Shown: piece by piece, positions 40,328 to 49,971 of the stretch | How the letters are laid out: each line of letters begins with the position of its first letter | How positions within the stretch are numbered: the stretch's first letter is position 1 | From: an uncultured delta proteobacterium | GTDB lineage: Bacteria > Desulfobacterota > Syntrophia > Syntrophales > UBA2185 | DNA: 64,000 bases | Direction of reading: 5' to 3' | Assembly: GCA_963729715.1 (NCBI GenBank) | Contig: CAVSPA010000018.1 | Location: forward strand, 26,942 to 90,941 | Translations under genes and position numbers: made by a program | The notes under the pieces: generated by a model | Told to the model about the DNA's origin: nothing | The model's input: the letters and a program-made list of their open reading frames with translations, nothing else | Database searches by the model: none

Positions 40328-41398
40328 ATGCTCGTTAAACCGAAGTTTCTGGCGACCGCCATCGGCAGCATGCCCTTTGATGATCCGATGCGCGCCGTCG
40401 ACCTGATCCTTTCCAAGCTGCCCGCTGCTTCGCACTGGCCACAGTTGCCGAGGCTCGGCATAAATGAGCAGATGGAAATCCAGTATTCCGAACATATGCC
40501 GTGCGCAGTTATCGATCAGGAAAAGAACCGCCTCTATTTCGATACATCAGGCGATTATTCTGAAGCCTTTGCCGAATTCTACGAAACCTACCTCCTGGCA
40601 ATGGACCCCGAAGAGGGAAGCGGCGACTGCTCGGCGGCAGCCGTCAGCCCGGCCTTTTCCCGGGGGATCTATGCACTCGAAGAGAAACTGCGAACCCGCG
40701 GCACGAAGCTGCCTTTTGTAAAATGTCAGGTTACGGGACCGTGCAGCTTTGCGCTTGCGGTCGTGGACGAAAAAAAGCGTGCGATATATTATAACGAAGA
40801 ATTCCGGGACATGATCGTCAAGACGCTGGCAATGGTCTGCCGCTGGCAGGTCCAGCTGTTCAAGCCATTTGCGCAGCAGGTGATATGTTTTATCGATGAG
40901 CCGATCCTCTCGGCCTTTGGCAGTTCCACTTATGTGTCCGTCCGCCGTGATGATGTGATTCATCTGCTGAAAGACATGGTCGATGCGGCGCATGCCGACG
41001 GGGCCATCGCAGGCATGCACTGCTGCGGCAATACGGAATGGAGCATCCCTATAGACGCCGGTGTGGATATCATCAGCTTCGACGCATTTCAGTACGGAGC
41101 AACAATGGCCATGTATGCCGAGGCCGTCAAGAATTTTCTCACAAAAGGCGGCGCACTTGCCTGGGGAATCGTGCCCACCTCAACGCTCATAAGGGAACAG
41201 ACCGTGGATGGTCTTGCTCTTCGCCTTGAGGGCATGATGGACCACCTCACTTCCAAGGGTATCGAGAAAAGCCTCATTGCCGATCAGGCCATTTTAACGC
41301 CTTCCTGCGGCACGGGTTCCCTGACACCTGAGGAAGCGGAGTTGGTATATGACAGGCTCGCGGCGCTCTCCGTTTTTATGAAAGAAAAATATAAATAA
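40328..41398 (+). CDS. Core (folate-independent) methionine synthase, MesB-like
   Basis: Single MetE-like barrel: T.IGS.P, WPQLP, K.QVTGP, IDEP, HCCGNTEW (Zn ligands), WGIVPT, TPSCG. Confidence 0.75.
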   Translation: MLVKPKFLATAIGSMPFDDPMRAVDLILSKLPAASHWPQLPRLGINEQMEIQYSEHMPCAVIDQEKNRLYFDTSGDYSEAFAEFYETYLLAMDPEEGSGDCSAAAVSPAFSRGIYALEEKLRTRGTKLPFVKCQVTGPCSFALAVVDEKKRAIYYNEEFRDMIVKTLAMVCRWQVQLFKPFAQQVICFIDEPILSAFGSSTYVSVRRDDVIHLLKDMVDAAHADGAIAGMHCCGNTEWSIPIDAGVDIISFDAFQYGATMAMYAEAVKNFLTKGGALAWGIVPTSTLIREQTVDGLALRLEGMMDHLTSKGIEKSLIADQAILTPSCGTGSLTPEEAELVYDRLAALSVFMKEKYK

Positions 41399-41498
41399 TA
41401 CAAAGTGCAAAAGTTAAAATGCAAAATTAAACAGTATGAATAATTTTACAATTTGCATTTTGACTTTTGAATTGGATTTTCCCTTTTGCATTTGAGTT
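41397..41498. repeat. Inverted arrays of heptamer repeats
   Basis: aatacaa agtgcaa aagttaa aatgcaa, then reverse-complement arm tttgcat tttgact tttgaat .. tttgcat. Confidence 0.8.
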
Positions 41499-41503
41499 GA
41501 CCT

Positions 41504-42280
41504 ATGAAGCTTGCTATCTCCGGAAAAGGGGGCGCCGGCAAATCCACGCTGGCCGCCGCCCTGGTCCTCCTCATGGCACGCCGTGGCCGGAAGGTCTTGG
41601 CTGTGGACGCCGACCCGGACGCCAATCTCGCGGCCGCCATGGGGATCCCCTCTTCCGAACAGGAAAAGATTGTCCCCATATCCCGTCAGGCTGCCTTGAT
41701 CTCGGAGCGGACTGGTGCTGAAGTCCGCCAGTACGGGCAGATATTTAAACTCAATCCGGAAGTCTCCGACATTGCCGATACTTTTGCATACCATCATCAG
41801 GGTGCGGCGCTCCTCGTCCTTGGCGCCGTTGACCGCGGCGGCGGCGGCTGCGCCTGCCCGGAAAATGTATTGATGCGTGCCCTCGTTACAGATCTCGTTC
41901 TGTACAAGGATGACGCCCTCGTTATGGATATGGAGGCCGGTGTGGAGCATCTCGGCCGGGCCACGGCGAGCGGTGTGGACAGGATGATAATCGTGATCGA
42001 GCCGGGCCAGCGTGCCGTAGACAGCACCCGGCGCATTCTCCGCCTGGCTCATGATATCGACATCAAGGATATCCGCCTTGTGGCCAATAAAATAACAGGT
42101 CCGGACGATGAGCGATTCCTGCGGGACGCCTTTCCTGAAAATAGATTTATCGGCATTATTCCCTACCGGGAGGAATTCCGCCGTGCCGACCGGGAGGGCC
42201 ACTCCGTGCTCGACGGCCTTCCGGACGAGTTGCTTCGCCGCTTCGAAGATATCCTGAAGAACCTTGAGGACCCGTTATGA
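41504..42280 (+). CDS. cooC: CooC/AcsF nickel-insertion ATPase
   Basis: GKGGAGKS, DADPD.NL, GGGCACPEN, DMEAGVEHLGR. Confidence 0.92.
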   Translation: MKLAISGKGGAGKSTLAAALVLLMARRGRKVLAVDADPDANLAAAMGIPSSEQEKIVPISRQAALISERTGAEVRQYGQIFKLNPEVSDIADTFAYHHQGAALLVLGAVDRGGGGCACPENVLMRALVTDLVLYKDDALVMDMEAGVEHLGRATASGVDRMIIVIEPGQRAVDSTRRILRLAHDIDIKDIRLVANKITGPDDERFLRDAFPENRFIGIIPYREEFRRADREGHSVLDGLPDELLRRFEDILKNLEDPL

Positions 42281-43032
42281 GCAGGCTGATTGCTGTTGCG
42301 GGTAAAGGCGGTGTCGGAAAGACCACCGTGGCGGCCCTCCTGGTAATGCGCCTTCTTCAGCGTGGGTGTCGGCCGGTGCTGGTCGTTGATGCCGATCCCA
42401 ATACCTGTCTTGACGCAGCCCTGGGTGTCAACGTAGTTAAGACTGTGGGCGGCGTCCGTGAGGATGCCCGAAAATTCACCCAAGATGGCACAGTGCGGGG
42501 CATGGATAAAAAACGTTTTCTCGAACTCCGCATCGCCGAGAGCCTGGTCGAGAGTGATGATTTCGATCTCATTGCCATGGGGCGTTCCGAGGGGCCGGGC
42601 TGTTACTGTTATGCCAATAATGTGCTGAAGGCGGTTCTGAACGCGATGGTAAACAAGTATCCCTTTGTGGTCCTCGATAATGAAGCAGGCCTGGAAAACC
42701 TCTCGAGACGCATTGTCAATAAAGTAAGTCTCCTCGTCATGATTACCGATCCGAGCATCCGCGGCCTTGAGACTGTAAAGAGGCTCCATGCTTTGGCAGG
42801 CGAGATGGAGATCGCCTATGACCGCCTCGCCATTGTCGTTAACCGCCTGCGGCGTAAAGAGTTGCCCGCTGGTGCAGATGAGCTCAGAATAGCCACGGGG
42901 GCCGATATCATCGTGGGTATCCCGGAGGATGAAGACATCTATGCAATAGCTGAGAAAAACGGAAATCTCAGACTCCTTTCACCGGACAATCCGGTCTTGA
43001 CTGGACTGGACAAGATATTGGAAATGATATAA
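42277..43032 (+). CDS. cooC: Second CooC/AcsF nickel-insertion ATPase
   Basis: GKGGVGKTT, DADPN, EGPGCYCYAN, DNEAGLE.LSRR. Confidence 0.92.
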   Translation: MSRLIAVAGKGGVGKTTVAALLVMRLLQRGCRPVLVVDADPNTCLDAALGVNVVKTVGGVREDARKFTQDGTVRGMDKKRFLELRIAESLVESDDFDLIAMGRSEGPGCYCYANNVLKAVLNAMVNKYPFVVLDNEAGLENLSRRIVNKVSLLVMITDPSIRGLETVKRLHALAGEMEIAYDRLAIVVNRLRRKELPAGADELRIATGADIIVGIPEDEDIYAIAEKNGNLRLLSPDNPVLTGLDKILEMI

Positions 43033-43125
43033 TTCACAATTTAAAATACAAAATATAACAATTGATGAAAAAACATTTTTCCGAAATATGTTTTGTTTCT
43101 TCATTTTAACTTTTACATTTTGACT
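43031..43125. repeat. Inverted arrays of heptamer repeats
   Basis: aattcac aatttaa aatacaa aatataa .. tcttcat tttaact tttacat tttgact. Confidence 0.7.
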
Positions 43126-43140
43126 TAGCACGGGCTCTCG

Positions 43141-45090
43141 ATGACCAAGAAAATAATAAAACCTAAGGATCGCGTCTGGGATAAGGCGTCGTTGGAAACC
43201 CTGATCAAGGCGGAGCGGGACTGCATAGACACCTGCTTCACCCGCCTGGATGCGCAGCAGAGTCCCTGCCGGTTTGGAACCGAAGGCCTCTGCTGCCGGA
43301 TCTGCTATATGGGCCCCTGCCGGATTACAAGCAAGGCTCCACGCGGAGTCTGCGGAGCAGATGCCGACACGATTGTGGCCCGCAATTTTCTCCGTGAGGT
43401 CGCAGGCGGCACGGCTGCCCACTCTGATCACGGCCGCCATCTTGTCCTCCTCTTGAAACATGCGGCGGAAGGCCAAATAGCTGATTATGTAATCAGGGAT
43501 GAAAAAGCGCTCCGACGTATAGCGAAAAGCTATGGCATAGAGGAAACGGAACGCACAAAAGAGGCGGTTGCCCTCGATCTTGCCGACTTGTTTTTGAAGG
43601 AATTCATGCTTCAGGAAGATACTCTTTCGACGCTGCGTCTTTCCCCGGTCAGGCAGCAGGCCATCTGGCGCGGCCAGTCCGTAGCGCCGCTCGGCATCGA
43701 CCGGATGGTCGTCGAATCTCTCCACCGCACGCACATGGGCGTAGACCACGATTACCGGAACATCCTTCTCCAGGCCTTTCGCACGTCCCTCGCCGACGGC
43801 TGGGGCGGATCGCGCATCGCCACGCAGATTTCCGATATCCTCTTCGGCACACCCTCGCCGGTGCGGAGCGACGCTAACCTCGGCGTGCTCGGGAAAGATA
43901 CGGTCAATATAGTCGTACATGGCCATGAGCCGGACCTGCCGGAGATGCTCGCTATCGCTGCACGTGATCCCGCCACGCAGGCTTATGCGCGAGAGGCCGG
44001 CGCCACCGGGATTACGCTCGCCGGCATTTGCTGCACGGCAAATGAAATACTCATGCGGCACGGCATCCCCGTGGCGGGAAGCTTCCTCCAGCAGGAACTC
44101 GCCCTTGTGACGGGCGCTGTTGAAATGATGCTTGTCGATGTGCAATGCTGCATGCCGAGCCTTCCGGATGTCGCCCGGAGTTACCATACGGAAATCGTCT
44201 CCACGGCGGATATCGCCAAGACCGTCGGGACGACACATATCACGCTCAACCGGGACAACCCGCTCGCCACGGCAAGGGTCCTGATCCGCCGCGCCGTCGA
44301 CAATTTCAAGAACCGCGATCCTGAGAAAGTTTCCATCCCGGACATCAAAACGCCGCTCGTCGCGGGTTTCAGCGTGGACGCTATTAAGTATATGTTGGGC
44401 GGCCGCTTCCGTGCGTCCTTCCGTCCGCTCAACGACGCAGTTATCCAGGGAAGGATCAGGGGCATCGTCGGCATTGTCGGCTGCAATAATCCGCGGACGC
44501 GCGTGGATGCCTACATCAACACCATGACGCGAGCGCTGATCGGGCAAAACGTACTCGTCCTCAAGACCGGCTGCGCGGCCATTGCTTCCGCAAAAGAAGG
44601 GATGCTCAGGCCGGAGGCGGCGCTCGAAGCAGCGGGCGCGGGGCTCCGCGAGGTCTGCGAGGCAATCGGAATGCCGCCTGTCCTTCACATGGGAAGCTGC
44701 GTGGACAACTCCCGCATCCTCGAGGCGGGCACGGAAGTAGTTCTCGAGGGCGGCCTGGGCGACGACCTCTCGCAAATCCCCGCTGTGGGCGTGGCCCCCG
44801 AATGGATGAGCGAAAAAGCAGTGGCCATCGCCTGCTATTTTGTGGCTTCGGGCATTGACGTTGTCCTGGGACATCCCTTCCATGTAGGCGGTTCAGATAA
44901 TGTGACACGCTTCCTCAATGAGGAAACACGGGAACTTTTTAACGCCTCCTTCCACGTCTGCGAAGACCCCCTCCGGGCCGTGGACATGGTGATCGATCTT
45001 CTCGATAAAAAGCGCGAGCGCCTCGGAATTAACCGCAAGGCCGAGCGGAAGCTCTACGACATGGAGGACCGGAGGAAGCTCGATGTCTAA
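43141..45090 (+). CDS. acsA: Anaerobic Ni,Fe carbon monoxide dehydrogenase catalytic subunit
   Basis: C.FG..G.CCR.C.MGPC, AAHSDHGRH, HGHEP, GICCTANE, DVQC, GCNN, TGC, HMGSCVD, WMSEKA. Confidence 0.96.
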   Translation: MTKKIIKPKDRVWDKASLETLIKAERDCIDTCFTRLDAQQSPCRFGTEGLCCRICYMGPCRITSKAPRGVCGADADTIVARNFLREVAGGTAAHSDHGRHLVLLLKHAAEGQIADYVIRDEKALRRIAKSYGIEETERTKEAVALDLADLFLKEFMLQEDTLSTLRLSPVRQQAIWRGQSVAPLGIDRMVVESLHRTHMGVDHDYRNILLQAFRTSLADGWGGSRIATQISDILFGTPSPVRSDANLGVLGKDTVNIVVHGHEPDLPEMLAIAARDPATQAYAREAGATGITLAGICCTANEILMRHGIPVAGSFLQQELALVTGAVEMMLVDVQCCMPSLPDVARSYHTEIVSTADIAKTVGTTHITLNRDNPLATARVLIRRAVDNFKNRDPEKVSIPDIKTPLVAGFSVDAIKYMLGGRFRASFRPLNDAVIQGRIRGIVGIVGCNNPRTRVDAYINTMTRALIGQNVLVLKTGCAAIASAKEGMLRPEAALEAAGAGLREVCEAIGMPPVLHMGSCVDNSRILEAGTEVVLEGGLGDDLSQIPAVGVAPEWMSEKAVAIACYFVASGIDVVLGHPFHVGGSDNVTRFLNEETRELFNASFHVCEDPLRAVDMVIDLLDKKRERLGINRKAERKLYDMEDRRKLDV

Positions 45091-48000
45091 GATCATCTGC
45101 GCAAGCGCCATTGACGGGGCCAGAGACTGGATCGCCAAAGCGGAAGACCGCCTGAATCATGCTATCAGCAAACGAGGCGAGACGTGGCCCGCTGCCTTTC
45201 CCGGTACTGCCTACTTCCTGCCTGTTATCTATTCCTTCACCGGTGAGCCTGTCCGCACACTCGGAGACCTGCGGCCGATCCTTCGCCAGGCCAAGCAACT
45301 CCTGCCGCTCCGCCCTGCCGATGCAGTATGGCTTCCCTACTTGGGGAGCGCCCTCGATGCAGGTATGGCGTCCCTCTTCGCCTGTGAAATAATCGAGGCG
45401 TGCAAGTATGCCGTCGGACCCGATCCTGTGGATGGGATCTGGTTGAGTGCGGCCAATGACGTCATCCTGCGGGAACGAGGCATCGAATTCGTGGACGGCA
45501 CGGCCCCCGGCTTCGCCGCGATCACCGGCGCGGCGCCGACAAATAAAATCGCAGTCACTATCGCGCGGCAGCTCCAGGAAAAAAACCTCTATGTCTTCAT
45601 GGCGGGCGGCACCGACGGTAGGCAATTTGCCGAACAGTTGGCCGAAGAAGGCGTGCAGTTGGGATGGCCGACGCGCCTGATTCCGTTTGGTCCCGATGTC
45701 TCCGCCCTGATCTATGCTTTGGGATTCGCCAACCGCGTAGCCCTTTCCTTCGGCGGCGTACAGCCCGGCGACTACGAACGGAATCTTAAGTACAACAAGA
45801 CTCGCATCTTTGCCTTCGTCCTTGCCCTGGGCGAGGTAACGCCCGACAAGTACGCCATAGCCGCAGGCGCAATCAACTACGGCTTTCCCATCATCGCCGA
45901 TACGGACATCCCCGAGATTCTGCCGACGGGCGTCTGCACTTACGAGCATGTCGTCTCCTCCGTGCCCTACGACACAATGGTGGAGAGGGCCCTCGAGGTG
46001 CGGGGCTGCAAGATCAAGGTCACCAAAGTGCCCATCCCCGTGCCCTACGGGCCGGCCTTCGAGGGTGAACTGATACGCAGGGCCGATGCCCACGTGGAGT
46101 TCGGTGGAAATTTGACCACCGCCTTTGAATTCGTCACCAGCGTGGATATGGATCAGATCAACGACGGCGAGATAGAAATCATTGGTCCCCATATAGATGA
46201 GGTCGAGCCCGGCAGCACACTGCCGCTTGCCATCTGGGCGGAGGTTGCGGGCCGGAAGATGCAGTCTGATTTTGAACCTATCCTCGAAAGGCAGATCCAT
46301 CACCTTGTCAACGGTGCCGAGGGGATCTGGCATATGGGTCAACGGGATATTGTCTGGACGCGCGTTTCGAAGAGCGGCTTTGCACGTGGACTGGGGCTTC
46401 GCCACTACGGAGAGATCATCCACGCAAAGTTCATCTCCGACTACCCGGCCATTGTCGACAAGGTGAAGGTGACAATCATTACGGATGCGGCGGAGGTGGA
46501 ACGGCGTCTCGCAGTCGCACGAAGAATCTATGACGAGCGAAACCGCCGCCTCGAGGCCATGACGGATGAAGCCGTGGATACCTTTTATTCCTGTCTCCTC
46601 TGCCAGTCCTTCGCCCCCAATCATGTCTGCATCATCACGCCGGAGCGGCTCGGGCTCTGCGGCGCCTACAATTGGCTGGATGGCAAGGCGGCCTACGAGA
46701 TCAACGAGACCGGCCCGAACCAGCCCGTAAAAAAAGGCGAAGCCATCGATCCTGTGAAAGGCATTTTTCGGGGCATCAACGAATACGTCTATCTAAGCAG
46801 CCACAAGAGCGTGCCGGAGTTCTGCTGCTATTCCCTCATGGACAGGCCCATGACGAGCTGCGGCTGTTTCGAGGCGATCCTTGCCTATCTTCCCGAATGC
46901 AACGGCGTCATGGTCGTCAACCGGGAATATCAGGGCGAAACGCCTGTGGGGCTGACCTTCTCGAGCCTCGCCGGCAATGTGGGCGGCGGACAGCAGACCC
47001 CAGGCTTTATGGGCGTGGGCAAGGTCTTCCTGACCTCGAAGAAATTCCTCGCTGCGGAAGGCGGATTTAAACGCATCGTCTGGATGCCGAAGGCCCTTAA
47101 GGAACTCCTCGCTCCCGATCTCTCAAAACGCTTCGCCGAACAGGGAGCTCCGGATCTTTTAGAAAAAATTGCCGATGAGGAAGTGGGTGTCGATGCGCAT
47201 GCAATCCGCGCGTTCATGGAAAACGTGCAACATCCCGCACTTTCGATGGACGATATGGCCATCTATGCACTGCTGACCCCAACACCGACGCCGATAGAGC
47301 GTCCTCCATCCGAGGCGCATCCCGTTGAGGTACAGGAAGCCCCGCCATCACCTGTGGAGACGAAGGAAGAGAGAGTTGCACCCGCCGAGGAAACGATCAT
47401 TGGGCCTGCCGCAATCGGCCTCCTCGAAGCAGTCACCGCTTTTCCGGTCCGCCGGCAAACCTGCGATGTCCCCATCTGGCAGGTCACGCTCGGTGCTACA
47501 AAGAAAACAGGAGGAACCCGCGGCCATACCCTGAAAGTCGGCGGCGCAAACTGCATGCCCTTCCATTTCTGGGAAGGTGCAATGCCGAGCCGTCCCCTTG
47601 TGGCCATGGAAGTCTTTGATGTGATCTCGGAGAAGTATCCCTCCGTCCTGAGAAACATCTATGGCGATCTCTTGATCCGGCCGGCGGAGATGGCACGTCT
47701 CTGCGTGGAAAAATACGGCGCAGATCTCATCAGCGTCCGTCTCGACGGAACGCATCCCGAGAAGGGAAATCGCACTCCCGAGGAAGCCGTGAAGCTCGTC
47801 AAAGAGGTACTGGTCACGGTCGACGTGCCCCTGATCGTCACGGGCCACAGCCATTACGAGAAGAACAACGAAGTCCTGAAGTCCGTAGCCCAGGCCTGCG
47901 CCGGGGAGAACCTGCTCTTCAACTGGGTGGAGCAGGACAACTACCGCACCATCGCCGGGGCGGCCATCGCCTACGGCCACTGCATTGTCGCTCAGAGCCC

Positions 48001-48406
48001 TATCGATGTGAACATCGGCAAGCAGTTGAACATCCTCCTCATAAATATGGATATCAAGCCGGAGCGGATTATCATGGACCCAATGACGGGCGCAACCGGC
48101 TATGGAATCGAATACACGTATTCAGTCATGGAGCGCATACGCCTGACGGGACTGGAAGGAGACCGCATGCTTGCGGCGCCGATGATAGTCTCACCCGGAC
48201 AGGAGTGCGCGAGGGTCAAGGAGTACCGGGCTGCCGAGGCAAATTTCCCGGCATGGGGCAATCTCAAGAGACGCACAGCCCTCTGGGAACTCTCCACGGC
48301 GCTGAGCCTTCTTTACGCAGGCGCCGACCTCCTGATCATGTATCATCCCGACGCAGCGATGGCGCTGAAGAAGACGATCCTTGAATTGATGCAGAAGGAA
48401 GTATAA
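45083..48406 (+). CDS. acsB: Acetyl-CoA synthase (AcsB) fused through a Pro/Glu-rich linker to the corrinoid Fe-S protein small subunit (AcsD)
   Basis: A-cluster motifs CLLCQSFAPNHVC, LCGA, MTSCGCFE; AcsB ends ~HPALSM (~47250); AcsD motifs VTLGAT..GGTR, SPIDVN..KQLN, GYGIEYTYSVMERIR, GADLLIMYHP; one 1107-aa ORF. Confidence 0.93.
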   Translation: MSKIICASAIDGARDWIAKAEDRLNHAISKRGETWPAAFPGTAYFLPVIYSFTGEPVRTLGDLRPILRQAKQLLPLRPADAVWLPYLGSALDAGMASLFACEIIEACKYAVGPDPVDGIWLSAANDVILRERGIEFVDGTAPGFAAITGAAPTNKIAVTIARQLQEKNLYVFMAGGTDGRQFAEQLAEEGVQLGWPTRLIPFGPDVSALIYALGFANRVALSFGGVQPGDYERNLKYNKTRIFAFVLALGEVTPDKYAIAAGAINYGFPIIADTDIPEILPTGVCTYEHVVSSVPYDTMVERALEVRGCKIKVTKVPIPVPYGPAFEGELIRRADAHVEFGGNLTTAFEFVTSVDMDQINDGEIEIIGPHIDEVEPGSTLPLAIWAEVAGRKMQSDFEPILERQIHHLVNGAEGIWHMGQRDIVWTRVSKSGFARGLGLRHYGEIIHAKFISDYPAIVDKVKVTIITDAAEVERRLAVARRIYDERNRRLEAMTDEAVDTFYSCLLCQSFAPNHVCIITPERLGLCGAYNWLDGKAAYEINETGPNQPVKKGEAIDPVKGIFRGINEYVYLSSHKSVPEFCCYSLMDRPMTSCGCFEAILAYLPECNGVMVVNREYQGETPVGLTFSSLAGNVGGGQQTPGFMGVGKVFLTSKKFLAAEGGFKRIVWMPKALKELLAPDLSKRFAEQGAPDLLEKIADEEVGVDAHAIRAFMENVQHPALSMDDMAIYALLTPTPTPIERPPSEAHPVEVQEAPPSPVETKEERVAPAEETIIGPAAIGLLEAVTAFPVRRQTCDVPIWQVTLGATKKTGGTRGHTLKVGGANCMPFHFWEGAMPSRPLVAMEVFDVISEKYPSVLRNIYGDLLIRPAEMARLCVEKYGADLISVRLDGTHPEKGNRTPEEAVKLVKEVLVTVDVPLIVTGHSHYEKNNEVLKSVAQACAGENLLFNWVEQDNYRTIAGAAIAYGHCIVAQSPIDVNIGKQLNILLINMDIKPERIIMDPMTGATGYGIEYTYSVMERIRLTGLEGDRMLAAPMIVSPGQECARVKEYRAAEANFPAWGNLKRRTALWELSTALSLLYAGADLLIMYHPDAAMALKKTILELMQKEV

Positions 48407-48417
48407 AGATTAAGAGA

Positions 48418-48487
48418 CCGGATTCCCGTTTTCACGGGAATGACAAAATGTGTTTTCATTTTTACTTTTGCCTTTTGACTTTTCTAT
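48418..48487. repeat. dRS3/REP-like palindrome followed by reverse heptamer array
   Basis: ATTCCC-GTTTTCAC-GGGAAT-GAC (48422-48444), then ttttcat ttttact tttgcct tttgact tttctat. Confidence 0.75.
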
Positions 48488-48502
48488 TGTCCTGAGGTTT
48501 CT

Positions 48503-49855
48503 ATGGCTCTGACGGGTTTACAAATTCAGAAACTGCTTCCCAAGACCAATTGCAGGGAATGCGGTTCCAATACGTGTATGGCCTTTGCGATGAAGCTTGC
48601 AACAAAGAAGGCTGAGATTGCCGCATGCCCTTATGCCTCCGAAGAGGCCATCCAGGTGCTGGGCGCGGCGAGCGAGCCTCCCGTACGCGGGATTGTGCTG
48701 GGGCCGGACCGGACGCTGACTCTCGGCGAGGAAACCGTCCTTTACCGGCACGAAAAGACCTTTTTCCACCAGACTGCTCTTGCCGTCAATATCAATGATA
48801 CCGATTCCTCCGGCATGATTGAAGACACGCTCGCGGCCGTCCGTGATTATCGGCTGGAGCGGGTCGGCGAGACCATTCGGATCGATATGGCGGCAGTGAC
48901 TCAGAGAGGTACAAACGTAAATGCTTTTGCGGAGCTTGCAGCGAAAGCCTGGAGCACAACCGGCCTGCCCCTCGTGCTCCGGAGCGAGAGTCCTGCAGCA
49001 TTGAAGGCCGCGGCAATCGCCGTAAAAGGCTCACGCAGCGTGCTTGCCGCAGCCACGCAGGAAACATTGGATGAGCTGCACAACATCGCCAGAGATAATG
49101 ACCACGCCCTCGGTGTCACTGCACCGGACCTGGACAGCCTTTTTCGCGCCGCCGCGAAGCTCCGTGAGGCCGGCTTCCAAGATATGCTGCTCCAGTTTCA
49201 GACGTCGTCTCTCGCCGAACAATTTCAGACAAACTCTGCAATTCGTCGCGCCGCCCTGAAAGACACCGTCAAGCCCCTCGGTTATCCGTTCTTGCGCTTC
49301 CTTCACAATGTCGACGATCTCCTCACAATAGCTGCCGGGGCAATCACGGAAATCAACAAATACGGCGGCATCTGCGTTCTGCCCGTTTTCGAGCCCGAAC
49401 TCCTGGCAGCACTCATGACGCTCCGCCTCAATATCTACACCGACCCGCAGAAACCCATCCAAGTTGAGCCCAAGGTCTATCCCATCGGGGAACCGCGTCC
49501 CGACTCTCCGGTTTTCGTAACCACCAATTTCTCCCTTACTTATTTCACTGTCTCGGGAGAAATCGAAAACAGCGGCACCAGCGCGTGGCTGGTCGTCCCG
49601 GAATGCGAGGGAATGAGCGTGCTAACCGCTTGGGCGGCTGGAAAGTTTTCCGGCGCTTCCATCGCGAAATTCGTGAAGCAAGTGGGTTTGGAGAAGCAAG
49701 TATCTACGCGCGAGATCGTCATTCCCGGCTATGTCGCCCAGATCAGCGGTGAGTTGGAGGAAAACCTGCCGGGCTGGAAGGTGCTCGTCGGCCCCCAGGA
49801 CGCTGCGGATATAGAAAGCTTTGTGAGAATGCAAAAGACAAAGAACAAAATGTAG
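48503..49855 (+). CDS. acsC: Corrinoid iron-sulfur protein large subunit
   Basis: LPKTNCRECG..TCMAFA..CP, R.NIYTDPQKP, TTNFSLTYF, SVLTAWAAGKF, IPGY. Confidence 0.95.
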   Translation: MALTGLQIQKLLPKTNCRECGSNTCMAFAMKLATKKAEIAACPYASEEAIQVLGAASEPPVRGIVLGPDRTLTLGEETVLYRHEKTFFHQTALAVNINDTDSSGMIEDTLAAVRDYRLERVGETIRIDMAAVTQRGTNVNAFAELAAKAWSTTGLPLVLRSESPAALKAAAIAVKGSRSVLAAATQETLDELHNIARDNDHALGVTAPDLDSLFRAAAKLREAGFQDMLLQFQTSSLAEQFQTNSAIRRAALKDTVKPLGYPFLRFLHNVDDLLTIAAGAITEINKYGGICVLPVFEPELLAALMTLRLNIYTDPQKPIQVEPKVYPIGEPRPDSPVFVTTNFSLTYFTVSGEIENSGTSAWLVVPECEGMSVLTAWAAGKFSGASIAKFVKQVGLEKQVSTREIVIPGYVAQISGELEENLPGWKVLVGPQDAADIESFVRMQKTKNKM

Positions 49856-49869
49856 ATTGAACTCTTTAA

Positions 49870-49957
49870 TGTCATTTCGAGCGCACGCGAGAAATCCTTG
49901 TCCCGATCGAAAGGAGGAGTTTTAAAGATTCCTCGTCGCACGCTTCTCGGAATGACA
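49870..49957. repeat. REP/MITE-like palindromic element
   Basis: Terminal IR TGTCATTTCGAG / CTCGGAATGACA; inner GAGAAATC / GATTCCTC. Confidence 0.8.
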
Positions 49958-49971
49958 GAGGGATTGAATAT

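Noticed and set aside
42979..46624. Long antisense ORFs (634 aa, 531 aa) opposite acsA/acsB
   Set aside because: Shadow ORFs from GC-rich codon bias; no recognisable motifs.
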